64,000 nt of DNA from Podarcis filfolensis (taxonomy: Eukaryota), in assembly GCA_964270895.1 (NCBI GenBank), contig OZ185440.1. One strand, 5' to 3'. The notes beneath the pieces were generated by a model that had not been told where the DNA came from, made no database searches, and saw only the letters and a program-made list of their open reading frames with translations. Below, in pieces: positions 51,225 to 62,464 of this stretch (positions are counted from its first letter, which is position 1; every line of letters begins with the position of its first letter). The position numbers and the translations under genes were made by a program.

Positions 51225-51818
51225 GGGATCACTGAACAAAGACATTCATCCTAATACTGCTTTCAGCATACTATTGTTTAGAAAGAACCCCAAGATTCTG
51301 AATGGGATAGAATGACGGTTTTTCTGGACCAGGCAGTGCTCCATTGGCCTCACTGGCCAAGACTGTGTCTCAGCAATCATAGTCACACACTCAGCTGATG
51401 TGGGCTGCTTACTGGATGGAACTGCCCTTGTCAGAAGCCAATACATCCTAGCTGAGGAATAGCTTCCAGATTCCTAAGGCTAATGGGAACCATCACCTCA
51501 AGTGGGCCACCTATACAATGAAGAACAGGGCCCGTTCTTATTTAAGCCTTTCATTATAAAATATATTTTCTTGCATATTAATAACATAGGATGGGCCCAA
51601 AATAGGGATGGATCAAGAGTCAATAATTTGTATAAATATAATTTATTTATTCATTAAAGTTCCATCATCTTAATAATGAAGTAGGCACAGAGGCAGCATA
51701 CAAGCAGAGCAAAATTCTGAGTCCAGGTTTTGGACTGGAACTAGTTAGGCAATGAACATTCTTCATCTATGCCCTAGAAACTTCATCAGCTCCTAGTTAG
51801 TTTCTAAGTGCAGTTTGA

Positions 51819-52392
51819 GGGGCCTGACAGGCTCTTAAGGACTGCTGCTGCTGTTGCTGACCAGGAGGACTGCCTGCTGAGGGCCTGAAGGACCCCGCCC
51901 TTGCCTCTTTCCACCTGGCTTGGGGTGGGGCCTGACAGGCTTTACAAGGACTGCAGCTGCTTTTAAATTGTTTTAATTTTTATCTGTGTTGTTTTAAATG
52001 AGACCATATTGGCTGTGAGCCCAGGAAGACCTGAACCTTCCTTGCTGGCCCTTTCCCATCTGGCCTGGGAGAGTGGAGTGCTGACTGACTCCAGCTACAA
52101 AAGCTGAAGCTGTTGAACAGATTCTTCGGCTGGAGTATTGTTTACGGGGGGGTTGAGAGAGCTGTTGCTGTTATTGATATTATTGTTGTATCTTTAGTTT
52201 TAGATCTTATGATTTATGTGGAAATTGTTTCCATTTGGTTGTGTACTTTTTGATGTGTTTAATTTATTGTTTATGACTTCTGTTATGTTAGTAATTATGT
52301 AAATCTTGTCATGTTGTAAGCTGCCTTGAGCATAGTTTCAACTATGGAAAGGCAGCATACGAATAAAATTATGATGATGATGATGATGATGA
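51819..52392 (+). mobile_element. LINE/SINE 3' end with internal duplication and (ATG)n tail
   Basis: Ends tgtaagctgccttgagcat...ggaaaggcagcatacgaataaaatt(atg)n, an L2-type 3' terminus; ggggcctgacaggct..aaggactgc.gctgct occurs at 51819 and 51927. Confidence 0.5.
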
Positions 52393-53690
52393 GGTGAATA
52401 GCCTAAGTCCAGGCTGGTTATTGGACATCTTCCAATAATAACACTCTGTTGGTAGCCTATTCCCCTGAGCATTGCAAAACAGCCTTATTTTGTTAGTGGT
52501 GGGGCTACCGTAACATATTGTTATGACTCTCATAAACAATGACGGGGCAAACACAATTAACTTTCATTTCATTATTAGATATTAATATCTTCTGTAAAAA
52601 AGTCTTTGGTTTATTTTTGAGGTGTTATGTTCCATGCTAATAAACATGGAACTTCACATCCATGAGATGTCTACCTTATTCTTCTTCCCATTTGGTGCTC
52701 TGCCCTTTTAAATGAGAAATGAATTGAATCCCCTTACCCAGAGGCAGACAAGAAGTGTCAGGTTGCAAGTGAAGATTCAGAGGCCTGAGGCAGGTTGTGC
52801 AGTCCAACCAACACAAACGGGCATAGTGTTGAGTTGTGAAACGAGTAGCAGCTCAGGAGAAAGATACAGAAGCCTAGTCTGGCAAAGTGCTCTCTGATGA
52901 CCAAGTTCCAGGACTTTGTGGGACCTGGTGGTCAGAGCCTGGGTCATGAAGATCAACTGATGAAGTACTCAGACGGGGCTGTTATTACAACTTAGGTGTT
53001 TCCCTTTGGAGCACAGGGATCATTTGCAAGACCCGTGATTGATACAGAGTGGTGGTGGTGCTGGCAGCCTAGGTCCTAGGGCCTCGCCCTTAAGCTTTAG
53101 AGGCAAGGAGTCTAGTCATGCAAGTGTTATTTTGGAACAGAGACCATTAATTCTGTCAGTCGTGGCACTGTTTTTTGAAATGTGAATCTTAGGCATGAAG
53201 ATCCAGTTGTACTTAAATATTCTGAAGGGCTCATTTATATGTTGGAAAGGCCCTTGGGAGCTGGGGTAAAGCTGCCACAGAGATTGCATACAATGCATGC
53301 CCTTCCACTGTGATCTCCCTTTCATCCTGTAAGCTGTGCTTTTGATTTGTTTGGGCAACATCTTGTTAGCATCTCTCAATAGATACCGTATGACCTTTCA
53401 TGAAAGGACCGGCATTCAGCTGTGGTCTTCGCTAGAGTTTGTTATCAGTGTGAGAAGCCAGTGCTTGGGCCCTCCTGAGTGAATAACTTTACAAAGAAAT
53501 AATCCAAGTACCCACTGATCATAACACAGGCAAGGAAAAGCAGGAGGCAGAGCTTTACTTATGGCACTTGGCTGCTTTTAAAAGATATGTTCCTCCTGCC
53601 CCCCCTTGTTCACTCAAATTCCCCAGACAACTGTTTCGCAGCCTTGCAGTCAGATATTGCAGAATATGTGGTCCAAGCATGGGTTAGTAC

Positions 53691-53826
53691 CAGTGATGAC
53701 CAAACTTGGCCCTCCATCTGTTTTGGGACTACAACTCCCATCATCCCTAGCTAACAGGACCAGTGGTCAGGGATGATGAGAACTGTAGTCCCAAAACAGC
53801 TGGAGGGCCAAGTTTGGCCATCACTG
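53691..53826. mobile_element. 136-bp palindromic hAT-type MITE
   Basis: Ends cagtgatgaccaaact / agtttggccatcactg; core almost identical to 14519-14654; flanks ggttagtac / ggttagttt (imperfect duplication). Confidence 0.88.
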
Positions 53827-53911
53827 GGTTAGTTTGTTTGTTTTGAAACTTTGGAACAGACTCCTATGGGAAGGAAATTAATCTGTTGCCAGATGATTCA
53901 GGAGAGTCAGG

Positions 53912-54294
53912 ATTTACTTATGTTTAGCCTGGTAAAGAGGAGACTGAGAGGAGATATAATAGCCATCTTCAAATATCTAAAGGGCTGTCACATGGAAGGG
54001 GGAGCAAGCTTGTTTTCTGCTGCTCCAGAGGCTAGGTCCTGATCCAATGGCTTCAAGTTACAAGAAAGGAGATTCCAATAAAACATTGGGAAGAATTTTC
54101 TGACAATAGGAGCTCTTCGACAATGGAATGGACTCCTGTGAGAGGTGGTGGACTCTCCTTCCTTGGAGGTTTTTTACACAGAGGTTAGACTGCCATCTGC
54201 CATGCCTGATTTAGTTGAGATTTCTGCATTGCAGGGGGTTGGACTAAATGAGCCTTGGGATCCCTTCCAACCCTGCAATTCTATGAGTCTATGA
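53912..54294 (+). mobile_element. CR1 LINE 3' fragment with (ATTCTATG)n tail
   Basis: MFSLVKRRLRGDIIAIFKYLKGCHMEGGASLFSAAPEA is the CR1 ORF2 C-terminus; ends cccttccaaccctgcaattctatgagtctatga. Confidence 0.92.
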
Positions 54295-54619
54295 TTTACA
54301 GTGTGCCCACCACTTACATGAGGGTTTGGTTCTGGGGGTCCACATGCAAGGTGAAGAGCTGCATACCAGGTGCTGGGAGAGGTGGCACCTTCCGTTCCAG
54401 TCTCTGGGAAGAAGGCACAAGGGCTTTGGGAGTGTCCCAGGGCCCTCTCATGATCTTCCCAGAGCATGGTAAGTGAGGTGGAGGGCTTAAGAAGCTTCTT
54501 CTGTAACACAAAAACCTGCTATGAATGGGCTGTGTAAGGCTGAATTTGTGTAAGTTGCAGGTGCACTGCATTTATTACTTAGGGAATTTATGTATGGCTT
54601 AACATTATTTTAAAACTAA

Positions 54620-54851
54620 GGGAGTTATTCAGCTAAATAGTTGTGCTGGTACAAGGATTAGCATTAGTGCAACAGGATTTCCCCCTCTCCTCCTCCTGCA
54701 TGCACCCCAGGCCACCCTCAAATCAGCTCTGCAAGGTTGAGGGAATCCCTGGAATAGATTTAGAGGAGGAGCAGGGAGAAAATTCCATTGCACAAGAAGA
54801 AATCCTTGTGTTGAAGGAAGGGTTTGCTTACTGTTATGTTGAATACAACCC
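54620..54851. mobile_element. MITE-like palindromic repeat (GGGTTGTATTCAAC-type ends)
   Basis: Ends gggagttattcagct / atgttgaatacaaccc; similar to 36035-36398. Confidence 0.5.
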
Positions 54852-55019
54852 AGTATCACTCAGTGGTTTACAGCATATCACAATATTACGTACAATAATC
54901 TAAATACAAGAAATACGGTACATTATAAAACCCAATTGTTTTTTAAAAAAAACCGGAATCAACAACTGAACAGGATAACCCTTCTAAAAATCAGAATAGG
55001 CTTGAACAAACAGATGGGC

Positions 55020-55550
55020 TTTTAACAGGCATTTAAAACATCCAATTGATGAGGCTGCCTGAATCTCATTTGAGAGGGCATTGCAGAGGGCTGGTGATAC
55101 AGCTAAGAAGGTCTGTTTCCTTGAGATTTCCAGGTGACAATTTAGTGTCTCTCGGTATGGTTGGTAGGGCTTGCCCTGCAGATTGAAAAAGCTGATTTGA
55201 CTTGTAGCAGGGAAAGCAGTCTGCTAGGGATTCTAATCCCAAATTGTTTATATGAACTTGGCTCAATAGCAGATAGGCAGCCGGTGCAGGTCTTTAAATG
55301 TTGGTATAATGTGCACATGAGATGTATCATTCACTACTCTAGCTGTAGCATTCTGCATTAGTTGCTGCATCTGAGCAAAGCACAATGGCAGTCCCACATA
55401 GAACACATTGCAGTAATCTAAGTATGAAGTTACCAGTGCATAGGGTATCGCTGGCCAGGAGTGGGCATAGCTGGCAGACCAACAAAAATTGGTAGTGAAT
55501 GCTTCACGCCACAGAGGTTACTTAGGTCTCTAATGACAAGGGTAGATCTG
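55020..55550 (-). mobile_element. Old L2 LINE 3' ORF2 fragment
   Basis: Minus frames give ...YQHLKTCTGCL... (L..LHWLP region) and acattgcagtaatcta (LDYCN motif antisense). Confidence 0.6.
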
Positions 55551-55776
55551 GGATAGGAGAGGATTACTTGAATCCCCGTTAGGTCTCTGGGGATTATACT
55601 ACTTATTCTGTGTGTATAGGAACCAATCTGCCTATTACTATATGAACTCTATTGGAGCTCTACAAACCAGTTATTTAACAAGTAGGGTTTGAGGTATCCT
55701 TTACTGTGGACCAAGACCATTTGCTGAGGTTAGAGCAGAAGAAAACCACACACTCCCTTTCTCCATCTTGCTGTGC

Positions 55777-55907
55777 CAAGGCTGGGCAACCTGTGGCCAT
55801 CCAGATGTTGCAAACTGCCATCATCCCTGGCCATTGACAATGCTGGCTGGGGCTGATGGAAGTTATAGTCCAACAACGTCCGAAGGTCCATAGCTACCCC
55901 ATCCCTG
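55777..55907. mobile_element. Palindromic hAT-type MITE (older copy)
   Basis: Ends caaggctgggcaacc / gctaccccatccctg; core tccagatgttg...ccatcatccct...gatggaagttatagtccaacaac. Confidence 0.65.
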
Positions 55908-57020
55908 GGCTATGGGATTGTCTGAGAGCCTCAGCTTCTCTCTTGAGCTGAGGCAGCTCTGCCCTCCCAGGAACCTCCCCAATACCTTTCAGCATCCTTC
56001 CTGAACCATTCCTTGTGCTTTCTGTTCTCCTCTTGCTGTGTTGGCCTAATAGGGCTTCCTTCATACACAGAACAGCCCTGCCTCCTGCTCTGGCCCATGT
56101 TCTATCTGATCACCAATTTGATAGTGTATCCTGTTGTGTTCTATCATGGCCTTGAGATGCTAGCCCTCTTTAGGGATTCAGCCTAGATATGTGAGAACAA
56201 AAGTGCAGAGCAATGGTGAGGAATCTGTGGCCCATGCAAGGCCTTTTCCACAAACCACTTCGACCTGCCCCATGCCTGTCAGGACGACACCACTTCCCCA
56301 CCATTGGTTAGAAATTCACCATAATCTTCTCATTGCAGCACTGCCCCATCAGATTTTACTTCTGTCATCTTGTTCAGAATGAGTTTTATAGATGTCCGAG
56401 ATGTTTTATCCTACAGAATATCTTGAAACATCACCAGCCCTTAGTATATTGAAAGCCAGTTGTTGGCAACCTGTTAAATCTGACATTCAAGTGGTTTAAA
56501 CTCTTTGAAGTTCACCTTTCAGGTGGTATTTTTTTTTTAATAAAAAAAGTGTCTAAAGCTCATTATTTATTTATTTCAAAGCTTAAACTCTGCCCTTCTT
56601 CTACCCTCGAAAGCACTCAAGAGTGGCTTCCATTAAAACAAAACAACATGTTACAATGTACAAACACCAACAGCAAATCAATAAAACAATATTAATAAGG
56701 CATTATTCATAAGGGCAACAGGCATAAAAAATTCAAATGGCAGAGAAAAATCTTTAAAAGGCCATTTTCACACTTGAGGCTTAAACTCGTTCTTGTTTCA
56801 GTAGCATTCATGTGAATTGTGTCAATAACTCTTTTCACATTAGCACTATTTCCTTCTATTTTCTCTCTTGGCCTCACCCACATGTCTTTCTCTCTGAATG
56901 TGTTATTTCTTTAGCCATATGTACTTCTTAGGGCACCACAAGATTTGCTACATATCAGTAGTATCTGGAAGCAGCCCAGTCTGTTTTGGATCCTATTTGT
57001 GTCATTCCAATTCAATTTAT

Positions 57021-57481
57021 TACCGTATTTACTTTAGTCTAATGTGCACCCTTTTTTTGCCAAATTGTGCTGTGAAAAATTGGGTGCACATTAGATTTGA
57101 TGGCGCATTAGGTAAAGGTAAAGGGACCCCTGACCATTAGGTCCAGTCATGACCGACTCTGGGGTTGCGGAGCTCATCTCACTTTATTGGCCGAGGGAGC
57201 CAGCGTACAGCTTCCGGGTCATGTGGCCAGCATGACTAAGCCGCTTCTGGCGAACCAGAGCAGCGCACGGAAACGCCGTTTACCTTCCCGCTGGAGCGGT
57301 ACCTATTTATCTACTTGCACTTTGACGTGCTTTCGAACTGCTAGGTTGGCAGGAGCAGGGACCGAGCAACGGGAGCTCACCCCATCATGGGGATTCGAAC
57401 CACCGACCTTCTGATCAGCAAGTCCTAGGCTCTGTGGTTTAACCCACAGCACCACCCGTGTCCCTTTAGACTCGAGTAAAT
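57021..57481. mobile_element. Short Tc1/pogo-type MITE (TACCGTATTT end) split by a SINE
   Basis: Left end taccgtatttactttagtctaatgtgcacc; removing the SINE restores ...cattagactcgagtaaat, the inverted counterpart. Confidence 0.6.
57112..57465 (-). mobile_element. Near-full-length Sauria SINE (lacertid POM-type)
   Basis: Reverse complement starts gggacacgggtggtgctgtgggttaaaccacagagcctaggacttgctgatcagaaggtcggtggttcgaatccc (tRNA-like head with B box) and ends ...ggtcaggggtccctttaccttt ac; CpG-rich; TTAG duplicated at 57108-57111 and 57466-57469. Confidence 0.95.
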
Positions 57482-57499
57482 TCTAAATAGGATTCAAAT

Positions 57500-58700
57500 T
57501 TAAATAGTTAAATCTAAAGCTTAGCTTTGCTCCAGTTGACTAAAATGGGGATTTGAAAATATCCATAATTTTTTCTCTCCTTTTCACATAATACAGGGGT
57601 TGGCAAATATTTTTAGTCCCTCAGGCCTTGTGGCGGGCCTGAGAAGTGGCACCGGGGGGGGGGGGGAGCTGGAAGACGAGGCGAGGGGGGCAAGTAATCC
57701 TCCCCACCCCCAGCCGCTGCGCTTACCTTCCCAGGGGCTGCCACTGCCGACCGCCACTGTCCCTGCTGCTTCTCATGGGTAGGCAGAGTGAGCTTGCCAG
57801 CTCCGCTCTTTGGCCCACAGGAGCACCAGGGCGGCGGGGGCGGAGGGAAGATGTGCAGCGCAAAAGGGCTGGCTCAGGAGAAGGGCTGCTTAAAATGGCG
57901 CTCAGCCAGCTCAGCCCAGCCCCCTTCCTCCCCTAGGCAGAGTGGTGAGAAGTCAGGAGGACGGAGGGAGGAGGTGCCACCTCCTTTGTGAGGGAGGGAG
58001 GGAATTGAATGGCACAGGGGCAGAAATGGCGCAGCCCGAACGAACAGAATCCACATGCCGATCCATGGACAGTCTGCGGGCCGGATCCTGAAGGCTATTG
58101 AGCCTGATCCGACCCGCAAACCTTAGTTTGCCGACCCCTGACATAACAAGATGGTATACAAAACACTTTTTCCAATTTTCTAATAGTTCAGGCAATAAAA
58201 TCCCCCCTATTTTCCTCAATTCTCTAACAATAATAGGAGTAAAAATTATTATAAACATTAGTATCACCCACTTCTTTAGTATCTCACCCAATGTACCAAA
58301 AGTTATCCCTATAACAGCATCTTTTCCTAGGAAGGGAAAGGAAGTGATACTGACAAATTCTTACACATCCTGACTACAAAACTTCACACATTTCTCTCCA
58401 CAGAAAGAAATAAGAAAAGCAATGGCAGGAGATCCAGGTAACAAGGATCTTTGCTGTTTCACTCGCCTCTGTGCAGCAAGAAGGTGTGACAATGCTTTCT
58501 CCCAGAAGGATTAGGCATAAGTTATTTCAGTGCTCCTCTGTTTCAGGAAGATCTTCTTTTCTCAAGTGCACTTAACACACACTTGTGAAGTTTTGCCCAG
58601 AGCCTTCAAATTTGTGATACTGTGGCTAACCACTGGTTTGCCTTCAAATTGTCTGTCTCAACTTAGTTTACCATATTAATTGGTGAGGGATTCTCACAAT
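57500..58700 (-). mobile_element. Degenerate L1/Tx1-like ORF2 C-terminal region, interrupted by hAT element
   Basis: Broken minus frames TPSCCTEASET...FLWREMCEVL and LLPELLENWKK, continuing across the hAT TSD as LCEKERKNYGYFQ; resembles the L1 C-terminal Cys-rich domain; weak. Confidence 0.4.
57594..58140. mobile_element. 547-bp GC/CpG-rich non-autonomous hAT transposon
   Basis: TIRs caggggttggcaaa / tttgccgacccctg (13/14); 8-bp TSD ACATAATA/ACATAACA. Confidence 0.9.
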
Positions 58701-60855
58701 TGTCCAGGCTCAATCTATCTGGAAATCATGGAAGTCTGACAATTGTTGCAGCCTCTCTTCTTTTTACTACCTCTGTTACTACTTCCATTACTACTACTAC
58801 TCCAAAACTAAGTGCTAGCATTGAAAGAGGACTCGGAAGTTCTCATTCTAATGAGCCAAAGAGGAAAGCAAATAAGCTAGTGATCATTCCTGGACTTTTG
58901 CATCTATTGATTTCAGAGGGAAACAGCATGCTGAACTCCATTACTGAAATCACTAGGACTTGCGTTCAACTCTGACTGAATTCCACTCTAGTTTCTGTTT
59001 GCATTGAATATTTAAGTTGTCTCCTTAAAGGACTTCATTCTTAGTTTGCATAAATTTCTTAGCTGAGGAAAGCTCAGGAGATGTTATTGTTGTTTTGCTA
59101 CTTGAGCTTTGTTTATTTGGTAATCCATTTGCTAGTCCTTCCTGATGCTCCAGATGTTTCTGTAATCTCTCAAAAGGTAATATTTGTTAAGGATCTTAAA
59201 CTGGCAATTTAGAAGAGTTTCATGATCAAAATATCAACTCTGAATACAGCACAATTTCTCATTTTCCCTTATAGCATTCAGAGATTTAGGTTGTTTTATA
59301 TCTAATCTACATAGTTAATCCTGTCAGTAGGATACTGATGTTGAACAAGTATTGTATATAGTATTTTGCATCTACAAATTCACTGCTGAAGAATATGTTA
59401 ATATTCTACAATTATCAAAGTTAAGGATGATTCACAGTGAGTTATCGAGCACACAGTAAGCATTGAACATGAACCCAGCTAGCTGCACATGATTGCCCTA
59501 CCAAGTGCCCTATGCAAGTGCATAGATTGCATGCCAGCAGGCCAGGGAATTAATTCAAAGAAAATGTTAAAGGGACAACGAAAGCAAGTAAAATGCATGC
59601 AGAGTGGAAAACTGGAAGCAGTAGAAATATCTGATGTACTCCAGTGATAGGTAGACCTCCTCAGTTCAGTTCAGAACCTGCTTTTGGTTTTTATTGCTCC
59701 CCCAGTTGAACTGCTTTATTAAGTGCCCCAAGCTGAATCAGAGCCTCATTATTTTCTAACTTACTATATTGGTGGTCTTCTGCACATACACCTTAGAATG
59801 GCTTGTTCCTACTAGCAGCTATAAAGGAGGGGTTCGTGAAATTTAGGCATCTCCTGCTCCCAAAAGTAACATGCCCAGGAACAAGAGTAGATAGAAAAAA
59901 ACTACCACATGAAATACTGGTGAAGAAAAAAAACGAGAATCGACCCAAAGGATGGACAGGCAGTTCAAAGCCATCAATGAGTGGTTCGTTGAAAATAAAG
60001 AGCTCGATTCTGCTTGTGCAGGATACATTTTAAGCTGGAGAAGAACACATAATGCAAAATACACCTAAGCATGGCCATCTTGCTGCATTTGTAATATGAA
60101 CCACAACTGAGGCGCATGTGTGTGTTAATTCCACCAAAAAATACACATATTTGTGGACAGTTCTCCTAATATACACATTTTTGTACACCATAATGCCTCC
60201 TCCTGTGCTCTTGTAATTCTGAAGGTCTGACTGAGAAATACTTTGATAGTCAGCTTCTCAGAAACAGCATTGGAAACAATAAATTTAAAGACAGAGCTTG
60301 CCAAATGTAGTCATCCCCTGTAATTTTAGGACAAACGTTAAGTAGTGTGAGATACAGACCCAGTAGGCAAAGCTGAAGTAAAATAAACTACTTTTGTACT
60401 GACTCATTGAGTTAAGCTTTGGGATTTGTCTTGCTAGCAGTGAGAACACTTTCAGGGAAAAATGCCTTCTAGAGTTGAATCTTATTAATTGAGAGATTTT
60501 CTTCTTTTCCTAAGTGGCAAATATTATTACAGAGTGAAGCCTTCTTTCACTGTGATTTCATTTTCTTTCTTCAAAGGAAATCATTCTCCCTAGTGCATTA
60601 ATTTTGTGATGTTTGTTCACCCAAGGCCAAATTTGCATTCCTGCCAATTTGGAAAATCCCCCCCCCCCCAAAAAAAACCACATCTAGGGAACAATTCACT
60701 GGAAAATTCTCCTGCTACAAATTCTCTGGTTGAAATGAATGGAAACTGTGCAAGACCATAGACATATGCTTAACAGCTTCTTTGTTGAATGTTGTCTAGG
60801 AAGTCTCCAGTATTTCATCTAAAATAAGAGGTGGGGAAAAGTAGGTGGTGCATTT

Positions 60856-60971
60856 CATAGAAACATGGACTCATAAAATTGTAGAGCTGGAGTACACACC
60901 CCTGCAATGCAGGAATCCTTTTCTCAACATGAGGCTTGAGGTTAAGAGGCTCATGCTCTACTGACTGAACT
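60856..60971 (-). mobile_element. Degenerate SINE with tRNA-Lys-like head and CR1-like tail
   Basis: Antisense agttcagtcagtagagcatgagcctcttaacctc (tRNA-Lys-like) and catagaaacat..cataaaattgtagagctgg...cccctgcaatgcaggaatc (CR1 3' end). Confidence 0.5.
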
Positions 60972-61277
60972 TATTTCCCCTTGTTACTGAGCATTTACCT
61001 GTTCCGAGTGTAGCCTTGAAACATTGCCCTCACTCTGTATGGTCTTCTTGATCTGACACATTACCAGCAATTATTGGCTATGTTGTATTGTGAAGCCATT
61101 CTATTTCTATGATTGATGGTTGGCTTAGATCAGTTGAGAAAGGGAGGCAGCTAGAGTGGAGAGCACTGAAATAGCAGAATAGACAGTTTGGGAATACCCA
61201 AAAGGTGAATGAGATTTTGGTTCCCAAAGCCCCATTTCACCCCAAAGGGTTCTTTCTTTCTTTCAAGTGAGCACTGT

Positions 61278-61348
61278 GCACAGCCCTATATTAAAACCAA
61301 GAAAATAAGGGGCACAGCCCTATATTAAAACCAAGAAAATAAGGGGCA
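61278..61348. repeat. Perfect 34-bp tandem duplication
   Basis: gcacagccctatattaaaaccaagaaaataaggg x2 plus gca. Confidence 0.95.
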
Positions 61349-61959
61349 TCGGTTCAGATCGTATTCCTAAACTTGTGCTTAAAAGCATGTTAGATTGGAA
61401 CACTATTTAAATGTGTTTATCAGCAATTCATTTTAGCTGCAACTGCTACTCAGCCCAATGACAAAGGGGCTAAGTAAGAAGTAATTAAGAAACTTTGCTA
61501 AATTTGATGAGTGACGTAGCTTAGCTTTAAGGTCTTGAAGGGTCTGCTTGCAAGATTGTTTATCTGAGCAATTTAGCAGCTCATTAGCATAGTTATTTTA
61601 ATTAGTATGCAAACGAGCAACAAAGTATGCACAGCAGATGATCTTTTTTATGCTATGATTTAGCAAGCTCAGCACAGACAATTTTACAAGGTATCTCAAT
61701 CCTGCGCATATTTGCTGGGATGTACTTTCCTCTGAGTTCAATGAACCTTCCTCTCAAATAAGTTTGCATAGTTTTGCAGTCTTAATAAACAATTGAGTTT
61801 ACTTACTTGTTTGTTTATGAGATTGGTATCCCTCCTCTCATCATCCAAGGTGGGTCACAACAATATAAACTACAGTATAATGAATTACAGTTAAAAATGT
61901 ATCAGCACACCCATTTGTCATATTCAGGGGACCTATTCAGTTTTATGGGAATCTTGTAT

Positions 61960-62165
61960 ATTTGTATTCCACTCATCTTCCAGGTAGTGTATTGTAGCAC
62001 ACATAGAGCTATCTCTTTTATTCTCACGGTATGCCTGTGGCCTAGGTTAAGACGAGAGAGAACGATTTGCTCAAGGTCATCCAATGAGCTTCATGACTGA
62101 GCAAGGAGTTGAACTTGCATTTCCAAACTCAAACCACTGTAACCACTAAAGCACACACTGGCCCT
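61960..62165 (-). mobile_element. MIR-like/CORE SINE
   Basis: ttttattctcacgg...taggttaagacgagag...tgctcaaggtcatccaatgagcttcatgactgagcaaggagttgaac...accactaaagcacacactgg. Confidence 0.6.
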
Positions 62166-62433
62166 CGTCCTCCTTTCACATTGCTTTCTGAGAACAGATT
62201 GTAAACAAATGTATCAAACAGATACAAAGCAATGCCCTGTGACATGATAGCCTCATACTAAGGATCATTATGAATATGGGCCGGCATACTGATCACATTA
62301 ATACACAGTATCTGTAGCAATGAAGGCAATTTTGGACTGCACCAGCTATCACAGTACAACTAGCAAAAGAAAAATGATTATTTGGGCATGGCTGCAAGGT
62401 GGAATTCATTCTCTGGGAACTCCCTCCATCCCT

Positions 62434-62464
62434 ACACACACACACACACACAGAGAGAGAGAGA
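62434..62464. repeat. (AC)n(AG)n compound microsatellite
   Basis: Visible tandem repeat. Confidence 0.93.

Noticed and set aside
57594-58140. CpG-island or promoter interpretation of the GC-rich block
   Set aside because: It is bounded exactly by hAT TIRs and an 8-bp TSD, so the GC richness is transposon-derived
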